NCBI RefSeq assembly: GCF_009914755.1
Contig: NC_060934.1
From: the human T2T-CHM13v2.0 reference genome, Homo sapiens
Direction: 5' to 3' (one strand)
DNA: 64,000 nt
Of the stretch, positions 1-13,350 are shown piece after piece (the first letter of the stretch is position 1; the number at the start of each line of letters is the position of its first letter). Below the pieces are notes generated by a model. The model was not told where the DNA came from. It saw only the letters and a program-made list of their open reading frames with translations, and did not search any database. Made by a program: the position numbers and the translations under genes.

Positions 1-522
1 CAGCCTGGAGTAGTTACACAAATGTTGGTCTGAGCAATACCAAGTACTGCTGAGAAATCAGAGGGGCCCGTGGGATCCAGCCAATGAGCCTGGTGCTCGA
101 TTGTTCTTGGTGATGAGGAAGAAATAGCAGGAATATCTCCAGGATACAAGGTGTATTATTCAAAGATTAAAAAAAAATCTCAACAATGGCTGACCAGTGA
201 TTAGAGCTTTATTATTTTGTTTAGCTAAGAATAGATTAAAATGACCCCAAAGAGAGAGCTCAGTGTTCTCATTGATTTTATGTTTTGTTATTTGGTTGAG
301 ATTGGGGTGCAGAAACCAACTTGAGCTAGTTTAAGCCCAACAAAGGAATTCACTGTAAGGATGCAGAGGTTTTTGCTGGAACCCAAGAGCAGAAGTACAG
401 CTAGGCTTCTGGAAAGGAATGGTCTTAGTATAGGGAAGCTGGGTGTGTTGTCTCTATCTCTCCTGCCTCTGTGCTCCAAAGAGCCACTACCTCATTTTTT
501 CCCTCTCCCTGGAAATTTTCTC

Positions 523-938
523 CACTGGTGTTGTAGTAAATGTCTAATACTCAATTCTCTGATGAAAGAGATGCCCCGATTTGCAGTGGTTGCCAATTTC
601 CATGGTGTAAATACTTCCACCATGGCTGATTCAAAGCTACCAATGTGGAGGCAGAGTTGGGAAGAGATGTGCAATAGCTTATGATTATATAGTATTCCCA
701 CCTTACAGATATATGGCTGTAAAGAATCTCAGGAGCATAGATTATAATAAACTATAATAAAATAATTAGGAAGTGGTGCATTTCAGTACTTATTACCTTT
801 GTTTTAAATATAATTTAAATTTATATAATTTAATTTTTAATAATGGTTGTGTTCACAATTTGGCTTGCAGAATTCCTGCTAATTTAAGAAATCAGTCCTT
901 GGGAGCTGGTACTTATGAGCTGATTCTAGCATACCACA
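523..938. mobile_element. MER63-family (hAT-Blackjack) DNA transposon, probably MER63B-sized
   Basis: Contains TGCCAATTTCCATGGTGTAAATACTTCCACCATGGCTGATTCAAAGCTACCAA and GAGTTGGGAAGAGATGTGCA, which match the remembered MER63 consensus. Degenerate terminal repeats; ~415 bp. Confidence 0.7.
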
Positions 939-1281
939 TTTCTTCCCCACTTCAGGGTACAGCACAAGGCAACACATGGCTGCCCCACAACTGTCTCTCC
1001 CAGAGGGATTCCACATTGGAATATGGCCCAATTCTGCATTATAGGAAGAGAGAATGTGGTTGGTTGAGTCTGGGTCAGGTGTTCTTGTTTGGGCAATCAG
1101 CTCTGGCTGGGAGTGTGCTGGAAGCAGGTCTTCCCTGGAAGGGGCAGGGGATGATGAATGTGTTAAAGGAATTTCCAGCAGCTTCCACGTCAAAGAGTAG
1201 TGCTTGTTCAGGATTTGTTATGTGCCAGGCAATTCAAAGATATTTTCTCATTTTTTCCTTCAGACTTCTGTGACGTGGACA

Positions 1282-1408
1282 CTATTGTCCCTATTTTACA
1301 GCTGAGGAAACAGAGGGCCAGAGAGGTTTAGTAACTTACCTAAGGTCACATGGCCAGTAAACTGCAGAGATGAAATTCACATCCAGGCCCTGTTTTACCC
1401 CAAAGCCC
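1282..1408 (-). mobile_element. MIR SINE fragment
   Basis: CCTATTTTACAGCTGAGGAAACAGAGGGCCAGAGAGGTTTAGTAACTTACCTAAGGTCACA is the reverse complement of the MIR core. Confidence 0.85.
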
Positions 1409-1531
1409 TCTTTCACCAACCAGGTTATCTCTCATGCAGAGATACCATGCAAAATGGGAGGCCTGAGCAAGAGTAATAACGTTCCTGAACCTGTAGAGGA
1501 ACAGCAACAGCTGGAATAGAGAATAAGGAGG

Positions 1532-1578
1532 AAAAAAAACACACACACACACACACACAAAACAAACAAACAAAAAAA
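1532..1578. repeat. A-run / (CA)n / (AAAC)n compound microsatellite
   Basis: Seen directly: ~10 CA units flanked by A-rich tracts. Confidence 0.9.
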
Positions 1579-2186
1579 CCCAGAATGTGAATAAGAGGAA
1601 TGAGAGCAAAAGCATGTATTATTTTTACTGAAAAACTCCAATCTTGCTGCAGTTGCTTCTCTTCTTTCTTTTAATCTCTGGGGGTGAGAGGCAGATACTG
1701 ATTTCTTTGTAATTTAGGGTTTTGTTGCAGATCCTGTTGAGTTGAATAGGGGTGTGGATGCTCATTTTTACTTTATTCATTGTTTGCCTTCCCCGGTCAC
1801 TTTTGTGTGCTTCTGCCCCCAGGTATTGGGCACAGTTAATTCTTCCTGCAATTAGTATTCATGGTCAGCTAAGCAGAACTAATGCAACAACCGTTTTTAC
1901 TTTGAAGGTTATATTACATGTTTCCAAGGTCCTGCAGAAGAGGCTCTTTATGAATAAGATATTCTTGACCCTCTCTAGGAATTTAATTTTCCCTTTTCCG
2001 AGTTTCCGAGCCCACCTTTTGAATTCTTTAATGTGATTCCTTAGGAAGAACCCAGAGCCAGACAGGCAACAGGATATAGTCAAATCAAAATGCGGTAGTT
2101 TAAAATGTTTCCTTCTCTGGGGATGCAAGACCAGAGTACATGCTCTGCTTGTCTTAGAGTGGCTGTCTCTTCATTTTACTGGTTCC

Positions 2187-2255
2187 ATATATATATATAT
2201 ATATACACATACATATATATATATGTATATATATATATGTATGTATATATATATA
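2187..2255. repeat. Interrupted (TA)n microsatellite
   Basis: Seen directly: TA run with CA and TG interruptions. Confidence 0.95.
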
Positions 2256-5200
2256 TCATTACTATAAATTGCTTCCATAGGAAAAAAATGCTCACTAATT
2301 TAAAATAGATTCAAGGAAGGGACTGAGAATTCTGACTTCGGATCATTTCAAAACTATATGCAATTATTGCAGGTAATTTCCCAGATAGCAGAAGCAGCAA
2401 GAAATATTCTTTAAAAAAATCTGAAACTTTTTTTTGGAAATAGCAAAATGTGACTTTTTCATACTGAATGCGTGACATCAATTAATACTTTAAATGGCCC
2501 AAAGTGGTCAGAAAATTCATTTAGCTGCTTTGGAAAAATTCTAATGACTCCAAAAACATAAAGCAGACCATTTAGAGTCATTTAAATGTGGTTCAACATA
2601 GTGAACACATACTATCTCCCAGCTGTTCAGCTTTTAAAAGGTGCTGGCAATACTATTTTGTCCTTTTTTTTTCTTTTTATACTTCTTATGGTTAAAAATA
2701 GCATTGGAGTTTCAACTGATGATCTTCAGAGATTTATATTACATGAAAAAACAAAATCTAGGAAAGAAGTAATATCTGACTTTTTAAGATGATGCCTTTA
2801 TTTCTTGATTTCTGAATTTTAACGTATAAGATTTTGTTTACATTTTTCTTTTCAAATAAAAACATTTTTTTTCAAAATTTTAAAATTTACATTCAATCAT
2901 TTGGAAACAATGAGTTTTATGACCATACAATTGTATTTCCCATTTTGCTTTTGCCACGAGGAAGCTCTGAGCCCAAATTGTGGCTGGCTTCTAGCAATTT
3001 GTAGGACCCTGTGGTGCAGAACCAGGTGTCTAGACCCTCTATGCCACCCCCGCTTACCCTATTCTTTTCTATTTGTTAATGGTTTTGTTTATGGATTTCT
3101 ATGAGCCTCCCTCCACCTTTTAAAAAGATAAAGTGAAGTGTATAGTGTGTGATACTAAAAAATCATCTACTGATAAAATGGCAAAGGACTTCCCAGCCCC
3201 TTAATAAGGCCCAATTTTTCTGCTGGAGTTGAGGTCTCCCACCCAAGCATCTCTGCTTCATTTACAGCCCACCCCAGGACCTCACCCAGAGCTGAGCCCT
3301 CCAGTGCCCAGTGGGGAGAGTGGTAAAAAAGAGAGGGATGATAAGGTGGCTGAGGAATGCTTAGCAAGGAGGCCCAGGAAGCTCACTTTCCAAAGGACTC
3401 TTAATTGTGCCGGGAGGAAGCAATCCTCCTCTCTGTAAATGAGGTCTTGTGAGTGTCCCGGCTGTGGAACAGGGCCTTGGCAAATGAGAAGAGCCTTTCT
3501 GGCTGGCAGGTGGGGGTTCTGCACCAGCTCAGGGACCAGAGTCTGCAGACCTTCCTGTGGCAAACTACGCACACACAAATTTAAAAACATCTTTTCTCCT
3601 CCCTCTTTCCTTCCCTCCTTCTTTCCCATCCATTCTCCTTGTAAGGCAGTTCTCTCTAGAGACTGCATCCACTTGGAGGGAAGGTTGCTGAATCTCGAAT
3701 TGTCTACTACCCTTGCCTGGTCCGTGCAATGCCCTCACCCCAGGGGAGAAGGGTGGTCTCGTTTGAAAAATATCTATTTTCCCTAGAGGATTCACTTTAA
3801 GAACTGCATAAACCCACAGCTGCTTCTGAAAGAAAAGTAAAGGAGAGGTTTTGCTCTAAAAATCTGTTTAGTTAATAAGATTCCTAAGCAAACAAACACA
3901 CGTAGAAATGCAAGGCCATTATTTGCTCTGATTAAACATAAAATCTATTCTCTTGCAACATACCAAATGATCATGGTTTTTCTCCTCCCTGAGGATGCTG
4001 CAGATGTGTAATACAGTCCACTGACTGTTCATTTCTAAAAAAAAAAAAAAGGCCGTTGGTGGATTTTTTTCTCAAAATGTGTAGTGTGGTCAGGACAGCA
4101 GAAATTTCTGACGAGTCAAGTACAGGTGATTAAAGCTTGCAATGTAAATCAGTTAACATCTGTAATTTTCCTTGTTCTCCAATGCTATTAGTTATTTCAA
4201 GGGTAAAAAAGGATGTTTTACTTAATTTTTTTGAATCTTACTAGGTACCCGTAGCTTAACTTAATGATTTGTATAAGTGATAGTAATTGCTGGTACTATA
4301 GTTGAGTATTATTAGCTATAAAATGAACATGGTTATATGTCCAACAGAACTAGCAAGGGACAGAAATGCAGTTGTATCCAAGAGAAAATAATTACAGCAA
4401 TAATCAGTGTAATTCATGATAATGGCTGAATTGAATTTCACACCATAGCTCCAAGCACTTACATTTAATGAATGTAGTTTGTGCTTGTTTACTAAAAAGG
4501 TTTTTAGCAGAAAATCGATAATGTAACTTCAGTGTTTCTAATTGCAAATGCAATTATTTTTTTTAAAGTAGTGGTTCAATAAGGATTTTGTAGAGAAAAT
4601 TGAGGTATGTGAGTGCTGCAGATGCTGGTGCTTTAATTAGTTACCTGTACATTAGTGCCATGGTGCCTTAATATCTATTTATTACAACATATTGATTTAA
4701 ATGGATTTGTATTCAATTTTAAGGCTAGCTAATGTAATGGACATTGAAACTTTTCTGGAAGCATTGGCTGGGATTACAACATGTCACTGGGTAATGAGGC
4801 TTCCTTCAAGAGGTGATTTCAGAAATCATTTTACAAACCCAGCGGTGGGGCCATGGAAGGGAGGGCCGGGACATAAGCCAGTTTCCACAGAGCCAGTGGC
4901 AGGGCATGTGTGGCCTTTGGTAAACAGGAGCTGTGTGGATTTATATAGTCCTTAGAGATTCTTTTTTAGTTGGCTTAACTTCTGTTTATATCTTTTCCCA
5001 GTCCAAGATATGCCTAAAATGGTTATTTTGGAGTTGATGATCTTCTCCACAGTAAAACCTGTTGATAGACTTCTGAGTTTTGGGATCCCCAGCCAGTCTA
5101 GCCTGACCCCCTTATTTTGAAGCAGCTGAGGGAAAGTGCGTCGCCTCAGATCTCAGGACTTGGAGTCAGCCAGTCAACTCTAGGTCCCCTGTCATGATTC

Positions 5201-5294
5201 ATGCTGATGTTAGGTGGATTTGCATTCTCTGTCGAACTGGATCTCTTGCTCAAAACTGACCCTGAGCCTAACCTTCTTTCCCCACTTACACAGC

Positions 5295-8200
5295 CATTGT
5301 CACCATCGCACCACTACTATCATCATCACCACCACCATCATCACACCACCACCACCACCATCATCACTATCATCATCACACCACCACCACCACCATCATC
5401 ACTATCATCATCACACCATCACCACCACCATCATCACACCACCACCACCACCATCATCACTATCATCATCATCACCACACCACCACCATCACCACCACCA
5501 CCATCACACCACCACCACCACTGTCGTCATCACTATCATCATCATCACACCACCACCACCATCATCACACCACCACCACCACCACCGTCGTCATCACTAT
5601 CATCATCATCATCACACCGCCACCATCACCACCACCACCATCACACCACCACCACCACCACCACCGTCACCATCACTATCATCATCATCACACCACCACC
5701 ACCACCACCATCATCACTATCATCATCATCATCACCACACCACCACCATCACCACCACCACCATCACACCACCACCACCACTGTCGTCATCACTATCATC
5801 ATCATCACACCACCACCACCACCATTATCACACCACCACCACCGCCACCACCATCATCACTATCATCATCACACCACCACCACCACCATCATCACTATCA
5901 TCATCACACCATCACCACCACCATCATCACACCACCACCACCACCACCACCACCATCATCACTATCATCATCATCACCACACCACCACCATCACCACCAC
6001 CACCATCACACCACCACCACCACTGTCGTCATCACTATCATCATCATCACACCACCACCACCACCACCATCACACCACCACCACCACCACCGTCGTCATC
6101 ACTATCATCATCATCATCACACCGCCACCATCACCACCACCACCATCACACCACCACCACCACCACCACCACCGTCGCCATCACTATCATCATCATCACA
6201 CCACCACCACCACCACAACCATCATCACTATCATCATCATCATCACCACACCACCACCATCACCACCACCACCATCACACCACCACCACCACTGTCGTCA
6301 TCACTATCATCATCATCACACCACCACCACCACCACCATCACACCACCACCACCACCACCACCATCATCACTATCATCATCACACCACCACCACCACCAT
6401 CATCACACCACCACCACCACCACCACCACCATCATCACTATCATCATCATCATCACCACACCACCACCATCACCACCACCACCATCACACCACCACCACC
6501 ACCACTGTCGTCATCATTATCATCATCATCATCACACCACCACCACCACCACCATCACACCACCACCACCGCCACCGTCGTCATCACTATCATCATCATC
6601 ATCACACCACCACCATCACCACCACCATCACACCACCACCACCACTACTGTCATCATCACTATCATCATCATCACACCACCACCACCACCATCATCACAC
6701 CACCACCACCATCGTCATCACTATCATCATCATCATCACACCACCACCACCACCACCATCACACCACCACCACCATCGTCATCACTATCATCATCACACC
6801 ACCACCATCATCACACCACTACCATCATCACACCACCACCACCGTCACACCACCACCACCATCATCATCACTACCACCATCATCATCACACCACCACCAC
6901 CATCACACCACCACCACCATCACACCACCACCATCATCATCACTACCACCATCATCACTGCCACCATCATCATCACCATCATCACCACCACCATCACCAC
7001 CATCACCACCACCACCACCATTATCATCACTACCACCATCATCATCACCATTGTCACACCACCATCATCACCATCATCACCACACACCACCACCATCACC
7101 ATCATCATCACACACCACCATCACAACACCATCTCACCATCATCATCACACCACCACCACCATCAGCACCACCACCATCATCGTCACCATCACCATCATC
7201 ACACCACCACAATCATCACCACCACCATCATCACACGACCACCACCACCATTATCATCATTACCGCCATCATCATCACCATAATCACACCACCACCATCA
7301 CCACCATCACCATCACCACCATCATCACACCACCACCATTATCATCACTATCATCATCATCACCATCATCACAAACCACCATCATCACACCACCACCATC
7401 ATCACACACCACCATCACACACCACCACCATCACACACCACCACCATCACACACCACCATCACCATCACTATCATCACACCACCATTATCACACCACCAC
7501 CATTGTCATCACCATCACCATTATCACACCACCACCATCATCACACCACACCACCATCATCATCATCACCATCACCATTACATCACCACCATCATCACCA
7601 TCACCATCACACACCACCAGCATCATCACCATCACTCTCATCACACCACCATCATCACACCACCATCATCATCACCATCATCATCACCATCACCACACCA
7701 CCATCCTCATCATCACCATCACCACCACCACCATCACCATCACCACCGCAATCATCATACTACCATCATCACCATCATCACACCACCACCACCATTACCA
7801 TCACCATCATCACACCACCACCACCATTACCATCACCATCATCACACCACCACCACCACCATTACCATCACCATCATCACGCCACCACCACCACCATTAC
7901 CATCATCACACCACCACCATCATCACACCACCACCACCATCATATACCATCACCATCATCACACCACCACCATCATCACCATCGCCTTCATCACACCACC
8001 ACCACCATCACCATCACCATCATCATACCACCACCACCACCATCACCATCACACACCACCACCACCATCATTACCATCACCATCATCACACCACCACCAC
8101 CACCATTACCATCACCATCATCACACCACCACCACCACCATTACCATCATCACACCACCACCATCATCACACCACCACCACCATCATATACCATCACCAT

Positions 8201-9051
8201 CAACACACCACCACCACCATCATATACCATCACCATCATCACACCGCCACCACCATCATTACCATCACCATCATCACACCACCACCACCAACATTACCAT
8301 CACCATCATCACACCACCACCACCACCATTACCATCACCATCATCACACCACCACCACCACCATTACCATCATCACACCACCACCATCATCACACCACCA
8401 CCACCATCATATACCATCACCATCAACACACCACCACCACCATCATATACCATCACCATCATCACACCGCCACCACCATCATTACCATCACCATCATCAC
8501 ACCACCACCACCAACATTACCATCACCATCATCACACCACCACCACCACCATTACCATCACCATCATCACACTACCACCACCATTACCATCACCATCATC
8601 ACACTACCACCATCATTACCATCACCATCATCACACCACCACCACCAACATTACCATCACCATCATCACGCCACCACCACCACCATTACCATCACCATCA
8701 TCACACCACCACCACCACCATCACCATCATCACACCACCACCACCACCATCACCATCATCACACCACCACCACCACCATTACCATCACCATCATTACACC
8801 ACCCCCACCATTACCATCACCATCATCACACCACCACCACCACCATTACCATCACCATCATCACACCCCCACCATCATTACCATCACCATCATTACACCA
8901 CCACCATCAGTACACCACCACCACCATTACCATCACCATCATCACATCACCACCACCATCACACCATCACTATAATTACCACCACCATTATCACATCACC
9001 ACCATTATCATCACCATCATCAACATCATACCACCACCATCATCATCACAT
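5295..9051. repeat. ~3.75 kb compound (CAC)n/(CAT)n tandem repeat (VNTR) with three sub-domains
   Basis: Continuous CAC/CAT/TAT/TAC triplets with CACAC phase shifts. The + strand is almost free of G. Confidence 0.98.
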
Positions 9052-9366
9052 CCTCTTCCTTGATGTCTTATCTCCATGGCGTGTACACTGGATGTAGAAT
9101 ATAGTCTTGCTGGGTACTACGGGAGCTGTATCTCAGTAGAAGGAATGAAGACTAGCTCTTGATAAGCTGAAAATCCCTTAATAGCCTACATTCTAAATAC
9201 GCATATTCATTGTACCAGGGGTTTCTAACCTTGCTTTGATGATATCCTAGTGTCACTGTCTCAAAACCAAATTAATTTTGGACTTGAGTATTTAGAGTTG
9301 GGAGAAGGAGTAGGATTGTATATTATTATAACCAACATTGATGTGCTTTTGAATTCCAAAAGGACG

Positions 9367-9696
<330 letters not shown>

Positions 9697-10060
9697 TAAC
9701 TGACACAATATTGGTAGGGGTCTATGTGAGAAGCAGGCATATCTACAAACCTGAGCTCCAACAGGGTCTTTCATCATGGTTTCATTAAAAATTAGCTCCT
9801 GGCAGGAGACTAGTTGAGTTTCTGAACCACGATGACCAGGCCTAGGGTGCTGGCTTTTCAGAGAACCATCCCCCTACTCCCCAGGTGCCGGCTGGGCTCC
9901 CACCACCTCCAGGAAACCTTTCGTAAGAACACAGGGCCCATGAATCACTCCCTCCTCTGGTTTCCTATGGTACATCAAATGAGGACCACTTGCTCAGCAC
10001 TTCCGATATACCATGCAGTACGCTCGGTGCAGCACAAGTTGTAAAAGTCTCCTACTTTTA

Positions 10061-10190
10061 CAACTCTTTGAGCCAGGCAGTATTGTTATTCCCATTTTCT
10101 AGATGTGAACACTGAGGCTCAATGAGGTCAATAGTCCAGATACAGATGGCTAGAAAGTCAGTGAAGGAGCTGACTAGATTTCTGTCTGTT
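10061..10190 (-). mobile_element. MIR fragment
   Basis: TATTCCCATTTTCTAGATGTGAACACTGAGGCTCA core. Confidence 0.75.
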
Positions 10191-10499
10191 TTCCCCTTCC
10201 TCCCTCCACCCCGGTATCCTGCTCATAAACCCAATGGTGGGTGAGTGAATAATGTCAAGTGACTTGGTTATGTCTCTCTTTGCACAGAGAGCACACTGCC
10301 TTCTGTGTCAGGTGTGAGCCCCTGCACTCTCCCTGGGGTCTGAAGGCTGAGGCGTGTGGCCAGAAGCTTCTACACAGGCCTATCCCAGAGTGTGGGGACC
10401 ATGTTGGTCTCACGTGCATGAGAGCACACGCATGTGACTTCTACCTTCAAGCACCTCCCAGAGAGTAAGTGAGAGAGATGACCAGGTGCATAACAAGCA

Positions 10500-10665
10500 T
10501 TTGGTCAGAGCAGGATGATGGGGTGGGAAGAAGGGCTCAAGTCCCACCTACACATCAACTGTGTGCCCCTGGGAAGGGCCTTCACTTCAGGAACCTCAGT
10601 TTGCAAGTCTGCAAAGTGGAGCTAATGATCCTTGTCCTCACTTCCTCCTGGGCTTGTTGTTAAGG
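10500..10665 (+). mobile_element. MIR fragment
   Basis: CTGTGTGCCCCTGGGAAG...CCTCAGTTTGCAAGTCTGCAAAGTGGAGCTAATGAT...GGGCTTGTTGTTAAGG. Confidence 0.7.
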
Positions 10666-11039
10666 CTCCTTGCATTTTGGAATCTTTAAAGTGCTTGGAA
10701 AAGGTAGGGAATCCATCTAATTAAGGAGGAGGAGAAACAAAAGCCACCAGAGGAATCAGGTTTCTGGTATCCAATTTAATCCAATCCATAGGAAAACAGC
10801 CCAAGGGTGCCCCATCGTTTGCCACCCCTAATGAGGAAACAATCCAGTCCTCTGATAGGTGGAGTCGTTCATCTCTGCAGTAAAAAGCTAATGCTTAGTC
10901 TAGCTTTATTCATCCTTTTTGGCACATAGGGTATATACGGTATGGCTCCATGGAGCCAACCAGGAGCCTCTGCCTGGTGGAATGATCTGTGTGCCAGGCT
11001 GGAAGAGACAGACACTCTGTTTGACCAACAAATGTATAG

Positions 11040-11450
11040 AAAATAGTGGCCAGTAAGTAGCAATTACGTAATAATCTTATCCAAAGAAAATGTGGGCTCA
11101 AATTAAGATGATTTCACCGGGAAAACATTAAGGTATACAAAGAGTTCTTAATAAATAGAAATAAATAGTGCAGGGTTTGCGCCATGGTGATTTTCGATGG
11201 TTATCTGCCCTCGCCGCTGCTGCTCCAGCTGCATCTTCCGCGGGGCTCAGCGCAGCATTTTGCTCTACAAAAACAACTAGCTCCTTTCCAGCCAATGATT
11301 ACTTGTAATTATGCTTTCCCCTGCTATTATTCTAATAGACCTGTCATGTTGCTCGGAGGACTCTGGCATTTGGAATATACGACGGCTTTTATGGATGGAC
11401 TGCTGGAACACTTAATATAGCTCTATTTTTGAATTATCAAGTTCTATCCT
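11040..11450. promoter_or_regulatory. Candidate conserved non-coding element / enhancer
   Basis: No recognisable repeat; retained CpGs; ATTACGTAAT palindrome (11063-11072); TTTTATGG (11387-11394); TAAT cores. Conservation is inferred, not measured. Confidence 0.45.
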
Positions 11451-12924
11451 TTTGAAGTCTGTGTTAGTGGAACTCCTATTTATGAGATGTGCTGTGCTTA
11501 AAGGTTTGCTATTGATGAAGAGGTCCAACAGAGCCTTTATCGTAAGTACGGCAGCATTCTCCCTGAGAGATAAATAGCCGTGCTAAAAGGTATGCTGTGT
11601 ACCTAGGCTGCAAATTACTAGCCAAGTACCTCATAACAGTATACTTCAAAAATACCTTTATGCTTCTTGTTTGTTCTCTTTTCCATAGAGATGAATGACA
11701 TTTCTTAAAACACAGAGGGGTGGAAGTGTGTTGGTCATTGCTGGTCATCGACATTAATTGGGTTTGAGGAACATGTTTGTTCTGGCACAGGGTGTCTGAG
11801 TAGATGCACGAATGTGGCTTACATCTCCTGTGCTTGCTGTTGTGAGAATTTGCTTTTCTTTATGTTCCCTTAACCTAAAGGTGGACTAAGTTGGATTCAA
11901 GCACTTTTTGCATGGGAAAGAGGGTTTATGAAAAAGCATAATTCAGGCAGTGGTACCTGTTCTGGAGAATTCCAAGAGCACCACTGGGGGCAGAGCAAGG
12001 GCCCGCAGCTTAAGGCTGGTGTGGGCAAAGAGTGGGTGCGATGTTCTCCATCCAGCAGGCAGAGGTCTTAGAAAGGGGAGGCCTGATACAGAAGCTGGCA
12101 TGAAGAGTGGTCCCCAAAGCTCTTATTATCTGAGCAATTTGATAGACACTAAGTCAGGTCAGAGTTTTCTTTAGCAGCTCAACCAGCTTGTTTTTTTGTG
12201 GGCCCAAAGGTGGAGGCCCTGTTGGACGGTACAGGCACTGTTTTTGGCCCTGGGCAGCAATCATATGGAAAGACACATTGTGTGGTTGGATTGTGAGTAG
12301 GAATTTGGGGAAATGTGTGTCTCCCTTATGTTATACAGAAATGTATTCAAGAGACTCCAAGCTGCCAGCAAGCATCCCAGAAGCAGACATAACTCCCTTG
12401 GCAGCCAACATTGCAAACAGAGGCAGGACTATGGAGCAGCTTTTGACTAGGTGGCAAGAATTTATATCCATTCCCCAAAGAAGGTAGGCTGTTGCTCCAG
12501 AGTGTTTGCCTGGTGTTTTTCATTTGGAACTTTCATGCATCAGAACCTCGACTGTGCACTCCCTGTCTAATTCATCTTCACCCACATATTTTACCATTAC
12601 AGATAGCCTTCCCCCTAAGCTTGTCTGTTTACTAGCTGGTTTGACAGATGACAGCTACTCTGAGCCATGCTACATGGCATTTGTATGGCTCTGGTGCCAG
12701 AAGCATTCTAAGAGCCGGTGTTGCATATTTATTGATCTTCATATTCCCAATAATCTGATGCCCGTCACATTTGACAACATTATGTGGAGAGGTCAGCTAG
12801 ATGGGGCTAATGAAACTGTTTCCAAGATGGATGTTGTTTTCCACAACATTACCCTTGCAAATAGCTGTCAGTGGGGTATTTCACTGTTGGGCTAGGCATT
12901 TGAGAACCCTTTTTTTTTTTTAAT

Positions 12925-13280
12925 AGTTGACGTTTACATTAAACAAAACCCGAAGCTATTAAATCTTAGTATTTATATACAATAGAAAACATGGAAGCCC
13001 TGGCATCTTTCCAAATGAAAATCTTATTAACAGACATGGTGCTTGTGGCAAAGTCCCCGGCAATTGGAGATTGGCTTGGCTGTCTGAAATGTTTGACGGA
13101 TTAGCCTGAGATGATATGAAGGACCAAATGGGAAACGGCTGAAGTCTGCAGGATTATACCGGCAAATAGAAAGGCTTGCTGCAGTCCAGAGGCGGGCGGC
13201 GCTTGTATGACTGTTTCCAAGCGCCCACACTGCTGTGAGCAGCCAGCACAAAATGCGCTTGGTTTAGATAAAGATTTACA
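12925..13280. promoter_or_regulatory. Candidate conserved non-coding element / enhancer
   Basis: No recognisable repeat; local CpG cluster (GGCGGGCGGCGC); GTTTACA forkhead-like site; GGATTA paired-like homeodomain sites. Inferred. Confidence 0.4.
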
Positions 13281-13350
13281 AGAAAAGAGAAAAGAAGGAA
13301 GAAAGGAAAGAAAGAGGGAGGGAAGAAAAGAAGAAAGACAAAAAGAGAGG
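13280..13350. repeat. GA-rich purine tract
   Basis: Seen directly: AAGAAAAGAGAAAAGAAGGAAGAAAGG... Confidence 0.85.

Noticed and set aside
5295-9051. CRISPR-like or telomeric array
   Set aside because: No constant repeat with unique spacers and no TTAGGG units; the context is eukaryotic.
5201-9097. 1298-, 689-, 670- and 490-aa His/Thr/Pro-rich ORFs as a mucin-like or histidine-rich protein gene
   Set aside because: Several frames are open at once because the strand has almost no G and so few stop codons. There is no codon structure, domain, promoter or splice evidence. Kept only as a speculative translation question.
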